Source of the DNA: an uncultured delta proteobacterium
Lineage (GTDB): Bacteria; Myxococcota_A; Polyangia; Haliangiales; Haliangiaceae
Direction of reading: 5' to 3'
DNA: 64,000 nucleotides
Assembly: GCA_963743525.1 (NCBI GenBank)
Contig: CAVUQH010000004.1
Span: 160,001 to 224,000, forward strand
Shown: positions 36,932 to 47,515 of the stretch, piece after piece
Position numbering within the stretch: position 1 is the first letter of the stretch
How the letters are laid out: every line of letters begins with the position of its first letter
The notes under the pieces: model-generated
Databases searched by the model: none
What the model saw: only the letters and a program-made list of their open reading frames with translations
Told to the model about the DNA's origin: nothing
Program-made: the position numbers and the translations under genes

Positions 36932-38151
36932 GCCGAGCACTGCGAGACCTGCTCCTCAGCGAGACCGACCGCCTCAAGGACGCCGGCCTGTACAAGCGCG
37001 AGGTCGTCTTCGCCCGCTCCGGAGGCATGGCGGCCGGCGGCATGATGGACGGCCGCCAGGGCTCGCAGGTCATCAACTACACGACCCACGACTATCTGGG
37101 TCTGTCCACCGATTCGCAGGTGCGGCAGGCGGCCATCGACGCCGCCGAGAAGTACGGCGTCGGGCTGTCGTCGCAGCGGGTGATGTGCGGGACCCTGCCG
37201 ATCCACAAAGAGCTGGAGGAGTGGCTGCAGGGGTTCCTCAAGGTCGAGGACGTGATCCTTTTCGGCTCCGGCTACCAGGCCAACGTCGGCGTCTTCTCGC
37301 CGCTGTTCGGCCAGCGCGACTGCATCATCTGCGACGCCGGCATCCACCCCAGCCTGGCCGACGGCGCCGTGCTGGCCGGCTCGCGCCTGGTGACCTTTCG
37401 CAACAACGATCCAGACGACCTCGAGGACATCCTCAAGCGCTCGCGCTGGGCCCGCTTCCGCGCGGTGGTGACCAACGGCGTCTTCCCGTTCAGCGGTCGG
37501 GTCGCCGACCTGCACGCCATCTGCGACCTGGCCGAGAAGTACGACGCCCTGGTGGTGGTCAACGACTGCCTGGGCATCGGCGTCCTCGGCGACCGCGGCC
37601 GCGGCACCGCCGAGCTGATGGGCGCCATCGACCGGGTCGACCTGGTCACCGGCACCTTCAGCAAGGCGCTCGGCGGCGCCTCCGGTGGTTTCGCCGCCGG
37701 CCGCGCCGAGATCATCGACTGGCTGCGGCAGAAGTCGCCGCCGTACATCTTCTCCGCCACCCTGGCGCCGCCGATGGCCGGCGCGGCGATGATGGCGCTG
37801 CAGATCCTGGAGAGCGGCGAGGCACCCCTGGAGGGCCTGCGCGAGAACATCCAGACTCTGCACCTGGGCCTGCTCGAGCGCGGCTTCCGGGTCATGGGCA
37901 GCCACCACCCGCTGCTGGCGGTCGACGTCGGCGAGTACGACGTGCTGCAGGAGATGGTCAACCACCTGTACGACGCCGGCATCTACGTCCACGGCCTCTG
38001 CTACCCGGTGGTCCCCGAGGGCGAGGCGCGTATTCGCATCATGGTCTCGGCGCTGCACTCCGCCTCGCACCTGCAGCGAACCTTGACCGCCTTCGAGCAG
38101 GCGCGCGAAGCCGCCGCCTTCGCCGGCGCGGCCAAGTCGATCTTCGAATAG
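36928..38151 (+). CDS. Class II PLP aminotransferase-fold protein (Kbl/BioF alpha-oxoamine synthase family), divergent active site
   Basis: 'DYLGLS', 'R.MCGT..IHKELE', '[13 protein letters not shown]', 'YIFS', '[12 protein letters not shown]'. Confidence 0.88.
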   Translation: MSRALRDLLLSETDRLKDAGLYKREVVFARSGGMAAGGMMDGRQGSQVINYTTHDYLGLSTDSQVRQAAIDAAEKYGVGLSSQRVMCGTLPIHKELEEWLQGFLKVEDVILFGSGYQANVGVFSPLFGQRDCIICDAGIHPSLADGAVLAGSRLVTFRNNDPDDLEDILKRSRWARFRAVVTNGVFPFSGRVADLHAICDLAEKYDALVVVNDCLGIGVLGDRGRGTAELMGAIDRVDLVTGTFSKALGGASGGFAAGRAEIIDWLRQKSPPYIFSATLAPPMAGAAMMALQILESGEAPLEGLRENIQTLHLGLLERGFRVMGSHHPLLAVDVGEYDVLQEMVNHLYDAGIYVHGLCYPVVPEGEARIRIMVSALHSASHLQRTLTAFEQAREAAAFAGAAKSIFE

Positions 38152-40021
38152 TCAGGCGGCGCTGAGGTCGGCGTGCTGCTCGGCGGCCATGGCCACCAGC
38201 TCGTCGCCCGACAGCGTCTCGCGGGTGATCAGCTCCTCGGCTGCGCGACGCAGGAGCGGCTCGACCCGCGCCAGCAGCGCGCGCGCCCGCTCGTGGGCCT
38301 CGTCGATGAGCCGCCGCACCTCGCAGTCGATCTCGCGCGCGGTCTGCTCGCTGTAGTCGCCGCGCTGCGGGCGCAGCTGACTGTCGAGGAAGCTCTCTCG
38401 CGGCTCGCGCGCCAGGCTGACCTCGCCGAGCTTGTCGCTCATGCCGTACGACTCGACCATGCTGCGGGCGATGTCCGTGGCCTTGCGCAGATCGTCCGAG
38501 GCGCCGGTCGAACACCTCGCCGTAGATCAGCTCCTCGGCCACGCGCCCGCCGAGCAGCGTCGCGATCTTGCTCTCCAGCTCGGAGCGCGTCATCAGGAAC
38601 CGCTCCTCGGTCGGCAGCTGAATCGTGTAGCCCAGCGCCGAGATGCCGCGCGGGATGATCGAGATCTTCTGCACCCGATCCGTGCCCGGCACCATCAGCC
38701 CGACCAGCGCATGGCCGAGCTCGTGGTGGGCCACCCGCGCCTTCTCGTCGGGTGTCAGCACGCGGTTGCGTTTCTCCAGACCCGCGATCACCCGCTCGAC
38801 CGCTTCGCGCAGATCACTCAGCTCGATCGCCTCCTTGTCGGCGCGCACCGCCAGGAGTGCCGCCTCGTTGAGGATGTTGGCCAGATCGGCGCCGGCCATA
38901 CCCGGCGTCATCGCCGCGATCTCTTCCAGATCGTCCTCGTTGGCCAGCTTCACCTTGCGCGCGTGCACCTGGAGGATCGCCAGCCGCCCGGTGCGGTCGG
39001 GCCGGTCAACCAGGATGTGTCGGTCGAAGCGCCCGGCACGCAGCAACGCCTGGTCGAGGATCTCGGGCCGGTTGGTGGCCGCCATCAGCACCACGCCGAT
39101 GTGCGGATCGAAGCCGTCGAGCTCGACCAAGAGCTGGTTGAGGGTCTGCTCGCGCTCCTCGTGGGCCATCGGCCCGACCCCGCGCGCCTTGCCCAGGGCA
39201 TCCAGCTCGTCGATGAAGATGATGCACGGCGCCTTCTCCTTGGCCTCGGTGAACAGGTCGCGGACCCGCGCGGCGCCGACGCCGACGAACATCTCGACGA
39301 ACTCCGAGCCGCTGATGGAGAAGAACGGCACCCCGGCCTCGCCCGCCACCGCGCGCGCCAGCAGCGTCTTGCCGGTGCCCGGCGGACCGACGAGAAGAAT
39401 TCCCTTGGGCAGCTTGCCTCCCAGCCGCTCGAACTTCTCCGGCGTCTTGAGGAACTCGATCACCTCGGCCAGCTCGTCCTTGGCCTCCTCGACCCCGGCG
39501 ACGTCGTCGAACGTCACCTTGACGCCGGTCTCCACGTAGAGCTTGGCCTTGCTGCGTCCGACGGTACCCAGGCCGAGGCCGCCCAGGCCACCACCCGCGC
39601 CCCCGGCCATGCGCCGCCGGATCCACCAGAAGACCACCAGCGCCAGGCCAATCGGCAACAGCCAGGTCATCCACCAGCTCGAGTGCTCCTCCGTGCCGGT
39701 GACCTTGACCTTCTTGGCCTGCAGATCGTCGAGCAGCTTGGGATCGTCGACGCGCACGGTCGAGAACGCCTTCTTGCCTTTGATCTCCTTGTCGTAGTGA
39801 CCGTAGATCACCTGTTTGGACACGGTGACGTCCTTGATGTCGCCGGCTGCCACGTGATCGCGGAACTCACTGTAGGGAATCTGCGACTTCTGTCCGCATT
39901 GCCCCAGCACGACCTGAAGCGCGATGACGATGAACCAGAAGATGAGGATCCACTTCCACTGGATCAACCCACCACCGCCATTGCTCGGGCCGGGCTTCGG
40001 CACCGGTTTCTTGTCAGCCAT
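38152..40021 (-). CDS. ftsH: ATP-dependent zinc metalloprotease FtsH; 1-nt insertion at about 38511
   Basis: 'GPPGTGKT', 'IFIDELD', 'ATNRPE', 'HELGH'. Removing one base in GTCGAAC (38507-38513) restores '[10 protein letters not shown]' and joins ORF 38152..38460. Confidence 0.95.
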
Positions 40022-40161
40022 TACGGTCTCCTGCGCTGCATCCCGCGTACCACCACAGGTAGCAGCCGGGTCGCCACACCGCCCGAGGAGCTGCGCAAAA
40101 GCTGCGTCTATCGGCAATCGATTCGCACGAAACGCGGCAGCCGGCCGGGTATGCTCCGGGA

Positions 40162-41274
40162 ATGCCGGCGACGCTGCGAACGGTCGTGCTGATAGGAACC
40201 ATGACCGCCGCGACTGCGTGTCATCGCGCCACACCGGAGGCGAAGCCGCCACACGATGCAGCGCCGCAATCTGCCACGCCCGCCGACGCGGCGCGCGCGC
40301 AAATCGTCTCCGAGGAGGTGTCGATCCCCGTCGGCGATCGCAACGTGCCGGGGACGCTCACGCGCCCGGCTCGCGGCGACAAGCTGCCGGCGGTGTTGCT
40401 GCACGCCGGCAGCGGACCGACCGACCGCGACTGGAACAACCCGCTCATCCCCGGCACCAACGGCAGCGGCAAGCTGCTGGCCGAAGCGCTCGCTCGCCGC
40501 GGCATCGCCAGCCTCCGCTTCGACAAGATCGGCACGGGCAAGAACAAGAGCGTGCCGCCCAACCTCACCTGGGACACCTTCCTCGGCGACGCCTCGGCCG
40601 CGCTCGAGCGCCTGCGCAGCGATCCGCACGTCGATCCCGCGCACGTCTTCGTCGCCGGCCACAGCGAGGGCGGCCTGTACGCCATCGCCCTGGCCAACGC
40701 CCATCGCGGACAGCTCGCCGGCCTGCTGCTGTTGTCGGCGCCCGGCCGGACCATGCGCGACGTCATCCTCGCCCAGCTGACCGCGCAGTTCACCGCCGCC
40801 GGCATCACTGGCGACGCGCTGGAGAAACAGCTCGCGCCGATCCGACAGGCGTTCAAAGAGTTCCTCGCCGGCAAGAGCGTCGACCCCAAGAACGTCAGCG
40901 CCATCCCCGGCGTGCAGGACCTGATGACCGCCCTGTTCAACCCCACGGCGGCGGCGCTGGCCCGCACGCTGCTGGTCTTCGATCCCACCGCCGCCGTCGC
41001 CACTGTCGGCGTGCCGGTCTTCATCTACAACGGCGCCAAGGATATCCAGGTCAGCCCGACCGACGACGCCCAGGCGTTGGCCCGCGCGGCTCGCGCCGCC
41101 AAGCTGGACACCACCCTGTTCATCGCCCCCGAGGCCAACCACGTGCTCGAGCACGAGCCGCGGCCGCTGTCCGAAATCACCCCGATGACGGTCAACTACA
41201 ATGCCGCCGACCGCGTGCTCGACCCGGCCACCGTCAACGCCATCAGCCGCTGGATCCTCGCCCACGCCCACTGA
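40162..41274 (+). CDS. Alpha/beta hydrolase lipoprotein
   Basis: '[11 protein letters not shown]', 'LRFDK.G', nucleophile motif 'GHSEG', 'G.KD.QV', 'NHVL'. Confidence 0.9.
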   Translation: MPATLRTVVLIGTMTAATACHRATPEAKPPHDAAPQSATPADAARAQIVSEEVSIPVGDRNVPGTLTRPARGDKLPAVLLHAGSGPTDRDWNNPLIPGTNGSGKLLAEALARRGIASLRFDKIGTGKNKSVPPNLTWDTFLGDASAALERLRSDPHVDPAHVFVAGHSEGGLYAIALANAHRGQLAGLLLLSAPGRTMRDVILAQLTAQFTAAGITGDALEKQLAPIRQAFKEFLAGKSVDPKNVSAIPGVQDLMTALFNPTAAALARTLLVFDPTAAVATVGVPVFIYNGAKDIQVSPTDDAQALARAARAAKLDTTLFIAPEANHVLEHEPRPLSEITPMTVNYNAADRVLDPATVNAISRWILAHAH

Positions 41275-41290
41275 CGCGCCGCGCCCCGAC

Positions 41291-43459
41291 ATGAACTCTG
41301 ATCGTCCCGATCCCGCGCTCGCCGCCCAGCTGCGCTCCAACCCCCACCTGGCCAAGCTGGGCGACGACGACCTGGCGCGCATCGCCGCGTACATGACCGT
41401 CCGCGATGCGGTACCGGGCACGACGCTCATCGGCGAGGGCGAGTGCACCCGCGAGATCTTCGTCGTCGTCTCCGGCCAGGCCCGGCTCGAGCGCAGCGGC
41501 CTCGACCTGGGCAGCGCCGGCCCCGGCGATCTTTTCGGCGAGCTCGGCCTGCTGGTCGGTCGGCCCCGCGCCGCGTCGGTGATCGCCGCCTCGCCGATGC
41601 AGGTCGCGTCGCTGACCCTCGACGCCTACGACGCCCTGGCCGCCGCCGATCCCGCGCTGGCGCTGCGCCTCACCCGCGTGCTGGTCGACACCGTCGCCGG
41701 CCGCCTGGGCGAGATGACCGAGAGCGTCGGCGCCCTCCTGCGCGAGCGCTCGCTGCCCCGCCGCACCCACGTCACCGTGCAGATCGGTGACCGCGAGCTG
41801 CGCGTCCGCACCGGCACCCCGCTCGACGACCTCCTGCCGACCGAGATCGACGGCGAGCTGGTGGTCGGCGGGTTGATCGACCGGCGCGCCGCGTCGCTGT
41901 CGACCCCGCTCACCGCCGACTGCCAGGTCGAGCCGATCACCACCGCGCAGTGGGCCGGCCAGCGCAGCTTCCGCAACAGCCTGGCGCTGCTCCTGCTCGA
42001 GGCGGCCCACGACGTCGTCCCCGAGCTCGACGTCCACGTCGAGCACTCGGTCGGTTTCGCCCAGCGGATCGCGGTCAAGAACGGCGTCAACGCCGTCGAC
42101 TACGAAGCCCTGGCCGAGCGCATCGGCAACCGCATGCGCGAGCTGTGCGCCGAGGACTACCCACTGCGCGAAGAGCTGTGGACCGTCGACGAGGCCCGCG
42201 CCCACTTCGACGCCGCCGGCTGGCGCGCCACCCGCGCGCTGCTCGACACCTGGCGCGACCCGACCGTGATGATGGTCGCCTACGGCCACGTCTACGTCCT
42301 CGGCGGCTGGCCGCTGGTCCCGCGCACCGGCCTGCTCACCGGCTTCCAGCTCTTGTGCGACGAGCACGGCCTGCTCCTGGTCTACGGCCCGCGCGGCACC
42401 TCGCCCGACACCGAGCCCGCCGTCCTCGAGTCGATTGCCAGCGCCGCCCGGCAGGTGTCACGCAGCGCCGGCGCCATGATCCGCGCCCACGAACGCTGGC
42501 TCGGCACCCTGGGCATCAGCAGCGTCGGCGAGCTCAACCGCGCCTGCCTGCGCGGCGAAGTCTCCCAGGTGATCCGCGTCGCCGAAGGCTTCCACGAAAA
42601 GCGCTCCAGCATCATCGCCGACCGCATCCACGGGCGCGACCCGCGCGCCGGCATCGTCTGCATCGCCGGCCCGTCGTCGGCCGGCAAGACCACCTTCATC
42701 CGCCGCCTCGAAGTCCAGCTGCAAGTCAACGGCCTCAGCCCCGTGCGCCTGTCCCTCGACGACTACTACCGCGACCGCGAATCCACCCCGCGCGACGAGC
42801 AGGGCGAATACGACTTCGAAGCGTTCGAAGCCCTCGACCACCCGCGCCTGCGCAACCATCTGCAACACCTGCTCGCCGGCGACGAAGTACAAACCTCCCG
42901 CTTCGACTTCGTCTCCGGCCGCGCGATCCCCGACGGCGGCCGCCGCCTGCGCCTGCGCGAAAACGACGTCCTCATGCTCGAAGGGATCCACGCCCTCAAC
43001 CCCGACCTCCTCGACGACGTCGGCGCCGGCCGCACCTTCCGCATCTTCGTCTGCCCGCTGGCCCAGCTGCCGTTCGACCGCGCCACCCGCGTCCACGCCT
43101 CCGACGTCCGCCTGCTGCGCCGCATCGTCCGCGACCGCCACGGCCGCGGCACCACCGCCGCCGACACCATCCTCCGCTGGCCCTCCGTCCGCCGCGGCGA
43201 GCGCCGCCACATCTTCCCCTACCAGCACCACGCCGACGCCGTCTTCGACAGCTCCCTCATCTACGAGCTGTCAGTCCTCAAAGTCTACGCCGAGCGCTAC
43301 CTCCTCGAGGTCCCCCACCACAGCCCCGCCTACAGCACCGCCTTCCGCCTCCTCCAACTCACCGACCGCTTCGTGACCATCTACCCCGACCACGTCCCCC
43401 CGACGTCACTCCTGCGCGAGTTCATCGGCGGCAGCGGCTTCGACGCCTCGCACATGTAG
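41291..43459 (+). CDS. cNMP-binding domain fused to a ThrRS-N-like region and a uridine/nucleoside kinase
   Basis: 'FGELGLL..RPRAASV', P-loop 'AGPSSAGKTT', 'LDDYY', 'EGIHALNP', 'RRIVRD..RG', 'W.SVRRGE..HIFP'. Confidence 0.9.
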   Translation: MNSDRPDPALAAQLRSNPHLAKLGDDDLARIAAYMTVRDAVPGTTLIGEGECTREIFVVVSGQARLERSGLDLGSAGPGDLFGELGLLVGRPRAASVIAASPMQVASLTLDAYDALAAADPALALRLTRVLVDTVAGRLGEMTESVGALLRERSLPRRTHVTVQIGDRELRVRTGTPLDDLLPTEIDGELVVGGLIDRRAASLSTPLTADCQVEPITTAQWAGQRSFRNSLALLLLEAAHDVVPELDVHVEHSVGFAQRIAVKNGVNAVDYEALAERIGNRMRELCAEDYPLREELWTVDEARAHFDAAGWRATRALLDTWRDPTVMMVAYGHVYVLGGWPLVPRTGLLTGFQLLCDEHGLLLVYGPRGTSPDTEPAVLESIASAARQVSRSAGAMIRAHERWLGTLGISSVGELNRACLRGEVSQVIRVAEGFHEKRSSIIADRIHGRDPRAGIVCIAGPSSAGKTTFIRRLEVQLQVNGLSPVRLSLDDYYRDRESTPRDEQGEYDFEAFEALDHPRLRNHLQHLLAGDEVQTSRFDFVSGRAIPDGGRRLRLRENDVLMLEGIHALNPDLLDDVGAGRTFRIFVCPLAQLPFDRATRVHASDVRLLRRIVRDRHGRGTTAADTILRWPSVRRGERRHIFPYQHHADAVFDSSLIYELSVLKVYAERYLLEVPHHSPAYSTAFRLLQLTDRFVTIYPDHVPPTSLLREFIGGSGFDASHM

Positions 43460-43639
43460 CGTCTCGAGCGTGCTGCATTCGTGCGGCTTGACAGGTTGGC
43501 GCATACGATATCCGTCAATGCGTCGTCCTCGTTCGTGCAGGAACGCCGACCGATGCCCCAAGTTGCGGCGGGGTCATTCAGTAGCCGAAAGAGAAACCAG
43601 CGTTTTGCTCGCGTCGTCTAGTGGGCGCGCTCGCGCCGG

Positions 43640-44218
43640 TCACCTTGCGGCAGCGCGAGCCTTCAGCTCGCGAACCAGATGCTCGTCCGGGGGGCACGTC
43701 TCCCGCGGCACGAACTTCGACGCCGCCGCTCGACAGCGCTCCGCGTCCAGAAAGATCCCGAACCCCAGCTGCGCGGGCGCATCCGGCCGCGTCCGGTAGC
43801 GCACCAGCACCTGGCGGTTGCCAAGAACCGTCTCGTACAACGGGCGCCCCGGCCGAGCCATGTAGCAGACGGGCACAACCAGACCAAGCTGGTCCGCCTT
43901 CGCCCGGTAGTTGCCGTTCTCGCCGAACAAGGTGAACCAGATCTCGTTGTCGGCCTGGTAGTGATACGGAATCGCCCATTCGCTCGATTCGAGCTCGACC
44001 TTCAGCGATCCGTCAACGCGCTCGTCCAGGCTCGGCCTGACACCGGCCTGCCACCGCGTACACACCCCGGCCTCGAGAACCCAAACTGGCCCACCACGGG
44101 TGAGCACCTGGGAAATCGCCAGCCGTGCGCGCGAGGTGCTCGCGAGCGGTCTAGGGCAGCCACATGCGCAGAAGAACGCAACTGCAATGAGCGACCCGCG
44201 GTTGATCGACGACATCAC
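43640..44218 (-). CDS. Hypothetical lipoprotein, tandem paralog 1
   Basis: 'FCACGC' lipobox-like; shares 'VP.CY.ARPG.P.YETV.GNRQVLVRYRTRPD.P..LGFGIFLDAERCRAAA.KFV' with the next gene. Confidence 0.72.
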   Translation of the reverse strand: MMSSINRGSLIAVAFFCACGCPRPLASTSRARLAISQVLTRGGPVWVLEAGVCTRWQAGVRPSLDERVDGSLKVELESSEWAIPYHYQADNEIWFTLFGENGNYRAKADQLGLVVPVCYMARPGRPLYETVLGNRQVLVRYRTRPDAPAQLGFGIFLDAERCRAAASKFVPRETCPPDEHLVRELKARAAAR

Positions 44219-44255
44219 GACGGCACGAAGCTCCCGGGTTCGGATCGCGCGCCCA

Positions 44256-44814
44256 TCACCTTGCGTGGACCTTCAGCTCTTTGACCAGATGTTCGTGCGG
44301 GGAGCACTGCTTGCGGGACACGAACTTCGCCGCTGCCGCGCGGCAGCGCTCGGCATCCAGGAAGATCCCGAAGCCGAGCTTCACCGGCTCATCCGGCCTC
44401 GTCCGATAGCGCACCAGTACCTGCCGGTTGCCGAAGACAGTCTCGTAGTACGGATGGCCCGGCCGCGCGATGTAGCAGATCGGAACGATGATGCTGCGGG
44501 ACCCGTCTTCGTCGTAGACCCCCTTCTCTTCGACCACCGTAAACCCGAGCTCATCGCCGGGGTCGTAGAGGTACGAAATACCCCACTCGCTCGACTCGAA
44601 CTTCACCCACAGCGATCCGTTCGACGCGCTCGTCCTGACTCGGCCTGGCATTGGCCTGCCATTGCGTGCACACGCCTGCTTCCAGCACCCACACCTGTCC
44701 GCCGTGCGTAAGCACCCTCCCAATCGCCAGCGGCTCGGGGGATCTGTTCACGATGGGAGCGGGGCAACTGCACGCAGAAAGGAAGGCAATTGCAGCGAGA
44801 GGCACGTGATTCAT
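44256..44814 (-). CDS. Hypothetical lipoprotein, tandem paralog 2; 1-nt insertion at about 44620
   Basis: N-part ORF 44551..44814 and C-part ORF 44256..44723. Removing one base in GTTCGAC (44619-44625) restores 'DERVDGSL' as in paralog 1. Confidence 0.72.
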
Positions 44815-44973
44815 CGACGACCTCGAGACACCTGGCCCGGCAGAGATGTTGCAGCAGCACAGAGTTTGGAGCGAGGTACAGGCTTCGTTCGCCGGCTTCG
44901 GCGGCGCGGGTCAGAAATCTGACCCGCGTATGCGATCGCGATCCGCGTTGCGGTGGTGGCATGATTCGGCGCC

Positions 44974-45465
44974 ATGAAGGGAGTCATCTCGGGGATCACG
45001 ATCGCCGTTGCGTTGGTCGCTGCGTGCGGGCCTTCGGCGAAGGAGGTCAAGCAGGCGCGGTCGGCGACGTATAGCTGTTCGGAGCAGCAGGTGTTCGAGG
45101 CGATGATCGGCGCGATGAAGGACCGGCACCTGCCGATTGCGCGCACGAACCCGGAGGCGGGGCTGGTCGTCAGCGACTATCGCTGGCACTCGAAGGACGG
45201 CGTGCCGAAGAAGAAGGGCGCCGCCGTGGTCGAGCCCGGCGACGTCGAGCTGGCGATCGTCGCGGCGATGAAGGGCGGCAGCGGTGCGCTCGAGGTGGTG
45301 GCGAAGCCGAGCGTGCTGTCTCAGGTGGTCGGCAGCCCGCGCGGCAACGAGCTCGACCCGAAGGATGCCGACTGGCCGGAGTGGGCGGACAGCAAGGTGG
45401 ATGTCTACATCGTGGACGTCTACAACCGGCTGAAGTCGTGCGCGAACGTGGCGCCGTCGAAGTAG
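44974..45465 (+). CDS. Hypothetical lipoprotein
   Basis: Lipobox 'LVAAC', strong codon bias. Confidence 0.8.
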   Translation: MKGVISGITIAVALVAACGPSAKEVKQARSATYSCSEQQVFEAMIGAMKDRHLPIARTNPEAGLVVSDYRWHSKDGVPKKKGAAVVEPGDVELAIVAAMKGGSGALEVVAKPSVLSQVVGSPRGNELDPKDADWPEWADSKVDVYIVDVYNRLKSCANVAPSK

Positions 45466-45481
45466 CCGCGGCCTCCGGGGC

Positions 45482-46051
45482 TCATCGCGGCGCGACGATC
45501 TCGAGCGTCTGGCACGCCTGTTCCATGGCGGCCGCGATCTTCTGCCAGCTCGCCGGCACCGGGCCGGGGCCGTCCCAGGACCATCTCGCGAGGCAGTAGA
45601 AGGTCAGGCCCGACGACGCATCCGCGATCTTGCGGTCGATGATCACGCCTCGTTTGCCGGTCGGATCGGCGCACTCGTACTTGTTGACGCCGGGCTCGAT
45701 GGTTTCGTGGGATCGCCGGGCGTTGGCGTGGACGGCGAAGCCGACCAGTCCGCAGTGCGGAGGCGACCGCCGCTGGGCCGCCGGCTGCAACACCAGGCCG
45801 GCGTGAAATGACTGATCCACGGGGCGGCGTTCCTGGAACATGGAGACGACCGGCGGATCGATGATGTTGAACGGCTCGATGAACCGCGGCACGTGGACTC
45901 GCAGCGGGGGCACGCCGTCAACGCCGGTTACGTCGAAGGTCACCAGGTCACCCGGCTCGTTGGACGGTCGGGTCCGTTCGTGCTTCCGACAGGCTCCGAT
46001 CGCGGCGAACGACGCCAGCAGGCAGAGGAGCAACGTGCGCGATGGAGACAC
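45482..46051 (-). CDS. Hypothetical lipoprotein
   Basis: C-terminal part of ORF 45482..46714 from GTG 46051; lipobox 'AIGAC'. Confidence 0.65.
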   Translation of the reverse strand: MSPSRTLLLCLLASFAAIGACRKHERTRPSNEPGDLVTFDVTGVDGVPPLRVHVPRFIEPFNIIDPPVVSMFQERRPVDQSFHAGLVLQPAAQRRSPPHCGLVGFAVHANARRSHETIEPGVNKYECADPTGKRGVIIDRKIADASSGLTFYCLARWSWDGPGPVPASWQKIAAAMEQACQTLEIVAPR

Positions 46052-46128
46052 GCTCGCAGTATGCCCTGACAGCCCGGTCGGAAGGCCAAGACTGGGCACG
46101 ATCCCGGGCCGTCTGCCCGCGCGGGAGG

Positions 46129-46668
46129 TCAGAACTGCACGACGTTGTCGAGATCGTCCACGGTCACCTGGCCCGAGAGCTCGAACGTGCCGGTCGCGCC
46201 GTTTCCCGTCCCGCCCGTCGCCACGTCCATGCTCGCGGGACCGAAAGCGAAGGTCGCCGTCGATCCGGATCGCGATTCCACGGTGATCGAGCCGGCTGTC
46301 GCGGTCCACTCGCGGAACCCTTCGCCCGGGCTCTCCTGATAGGCGAGCGTCGCATCCTCCGCGGACAGGTCGTACACCTTCCCCTCCGTCGGCTCGCTGC
46401 CCAGGTTGAGGACGAGCTGCCAGACCTTGCGCTGGGACTCGCCCACGGGCTCCAGGGCGAGCACGCCGATCGTCGCCGCACCGGTCGCCTGGTCCCGGGC
46501 GATCACCGCCACGTCCGTGGCCGGCAGCGGGTTCGTGTTGACGTTGGACTGGTCGGCGGCGGAGAACGATAGCTCGACGCTTCCTCCGCTCACAGGCGAG
46601 CCGTCGCTGCACCCGCAGGCGAGAACAGCGGGAAGCAGGAGTCCAAACCACAGCCGTTTGCATTCCAT
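46129..46668 (-). CDS. Hypothetical beta-rich lipoprotein
   Basis: Lipobox 'LACGC'; 'GNGATGTFELSG'. Confidence 0.72.
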   Translation of the reverse strand: MECKRLWFGLLLPAVLACGCSDGSPVSGGSVELSFSAADQSNVNTNPLPATDVAVIARDQATGAATIGVLALEPVGESQRKVWQLVLNLGSEPTEGKVYDLSAEDATLAYQESPGEGFREWTATAGSITVESRSGSTATFAFGPASMDVATGGTGNGATGTFELSGQVTVDDLDNVVQF

Positions 46669-46768
46669 GGCCACAGACTATTTCGATCGATGCCCGCCGA
46701 GGACGGAAAACCACGGCATAAGCACATCCTCTCTCTCATGACCATCGCGACGCTTGGCGATGCTCACA

Positions 46769-46810
46769 AGAAAAACCGGCGGCCGCGCCGAGGGGATGGC
46801 GGGCCGCCGG
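46769..46810 (-). terminator. Intrinsic terminator downstream of the beta-barrel gene
   Basis: CCGGCGGCC (46776-46784) pairs with GGCCGCCGG (46802-46810); the A-run at 46771-46775 is a U-tract on the minus strand. Confidence 0.7.
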
Positions 46811-46855
46811 AGGAGGATGCCGCGCCCGAGGGGAGGCGCGGACCGGGCCGAGGAT

Positions 46856-47503
46856 TTAGAAGGCGTAGCCGAAGCGGACGTAGCCGTTGGGGAAGATCTT
46901 GTCGTAGCCGTCGAAGGCGTCGTTGTTGCTGGCGTTCCAGTTGCGGCCGACGCCGGCGGCGATGGCGATGTTGAGACCGCTGTCCCAGTACCAGTGGTAG
47001 CCGATGAGAACCTGCGGGCCGAAGACGGTGGTGCTGTTGTTGCCGGTGCTGCTGGCGGCGGTGCCGCTGCTGGTGCTGTTGTTGACCCACAGCTCCTGGA
47101 TGCTCAGGCCCGGCTCGACGAAGACGCCGGAGTACATCTTCTTGAAGTAGATCGGCGCGCCGGCGGCGAGCTCGAAGCCGTGGAACTCGCTGTCGACCGG
47201 ATTGTAGTAGTTGAGGTCACCGCGCAGGGCGACGTGGTCGCTGAACGCGTAGCTGGCCGAGATGCCGTACGAGCCGTAGATGAGGCCGACCGGGTTGGTC
47301 GAGATGTTGTACTTCTTGTAGGAGTACTTGTACTTGTTCTGGTCGCCGACCGGCACGAGCTGGTGATCGAGCTCCGAGACATCGCTCTTGCCGTTGGCCG
47401 TGGCGGGCGCGGGGGCGGGAGCGTCGGAGGGCTGAGCGTGGGCGGTGGCGAGGGTGGCGAACAGAACTGCGGGCAGGGACGCAAGAGCGAGTGTCTGTTT
47501 CAT
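46856..47503 (-). CDS. Small outer-membrane beta-barrel (DUF3575-like)
   Basis: Signal peptide, 'NISTNPVGLIYG', 'GYHWYWDSGLNI..AAGVG', C-terminal 'VRFGYAF'. Confidence 0.85.
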   Translation of the reverse strand: MKQTLALASLPAVLFATLATAHAQPSDAPAPAPATANGKSDVSELDHQLVPVGDQNKYKYSYKKYNISTNPVGLIYGSYGISASYAFSDHVALRGDLNYYNPVDSEFHGFELAAGAPIYFKKMYSGVFVEPGLSIQELWVNNSTSSGTAASSTGNNSTTVFGPQVLIGYHWYWDSGLNIAIAAGVGRNWNASNNDAFDGYDKIFPNGYVRFGYAF

Positions 47504-47515
47504 GCCCGGCGGTAG

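Noticed and set aside
38507..38513. Programmed frameshift or true ftsH pseudogene
   Set aside because: No slippery sequence, the rest of the gene is intact, and the lesion matches the recurrent GTCGAC insertion pattern.
43488..43518. TTGACA promoter or TTGAC...GTCAA operator
   Set aside because: No -10 element at 16-18 nt and it lies between convergent genes; at most a weak hairpin.
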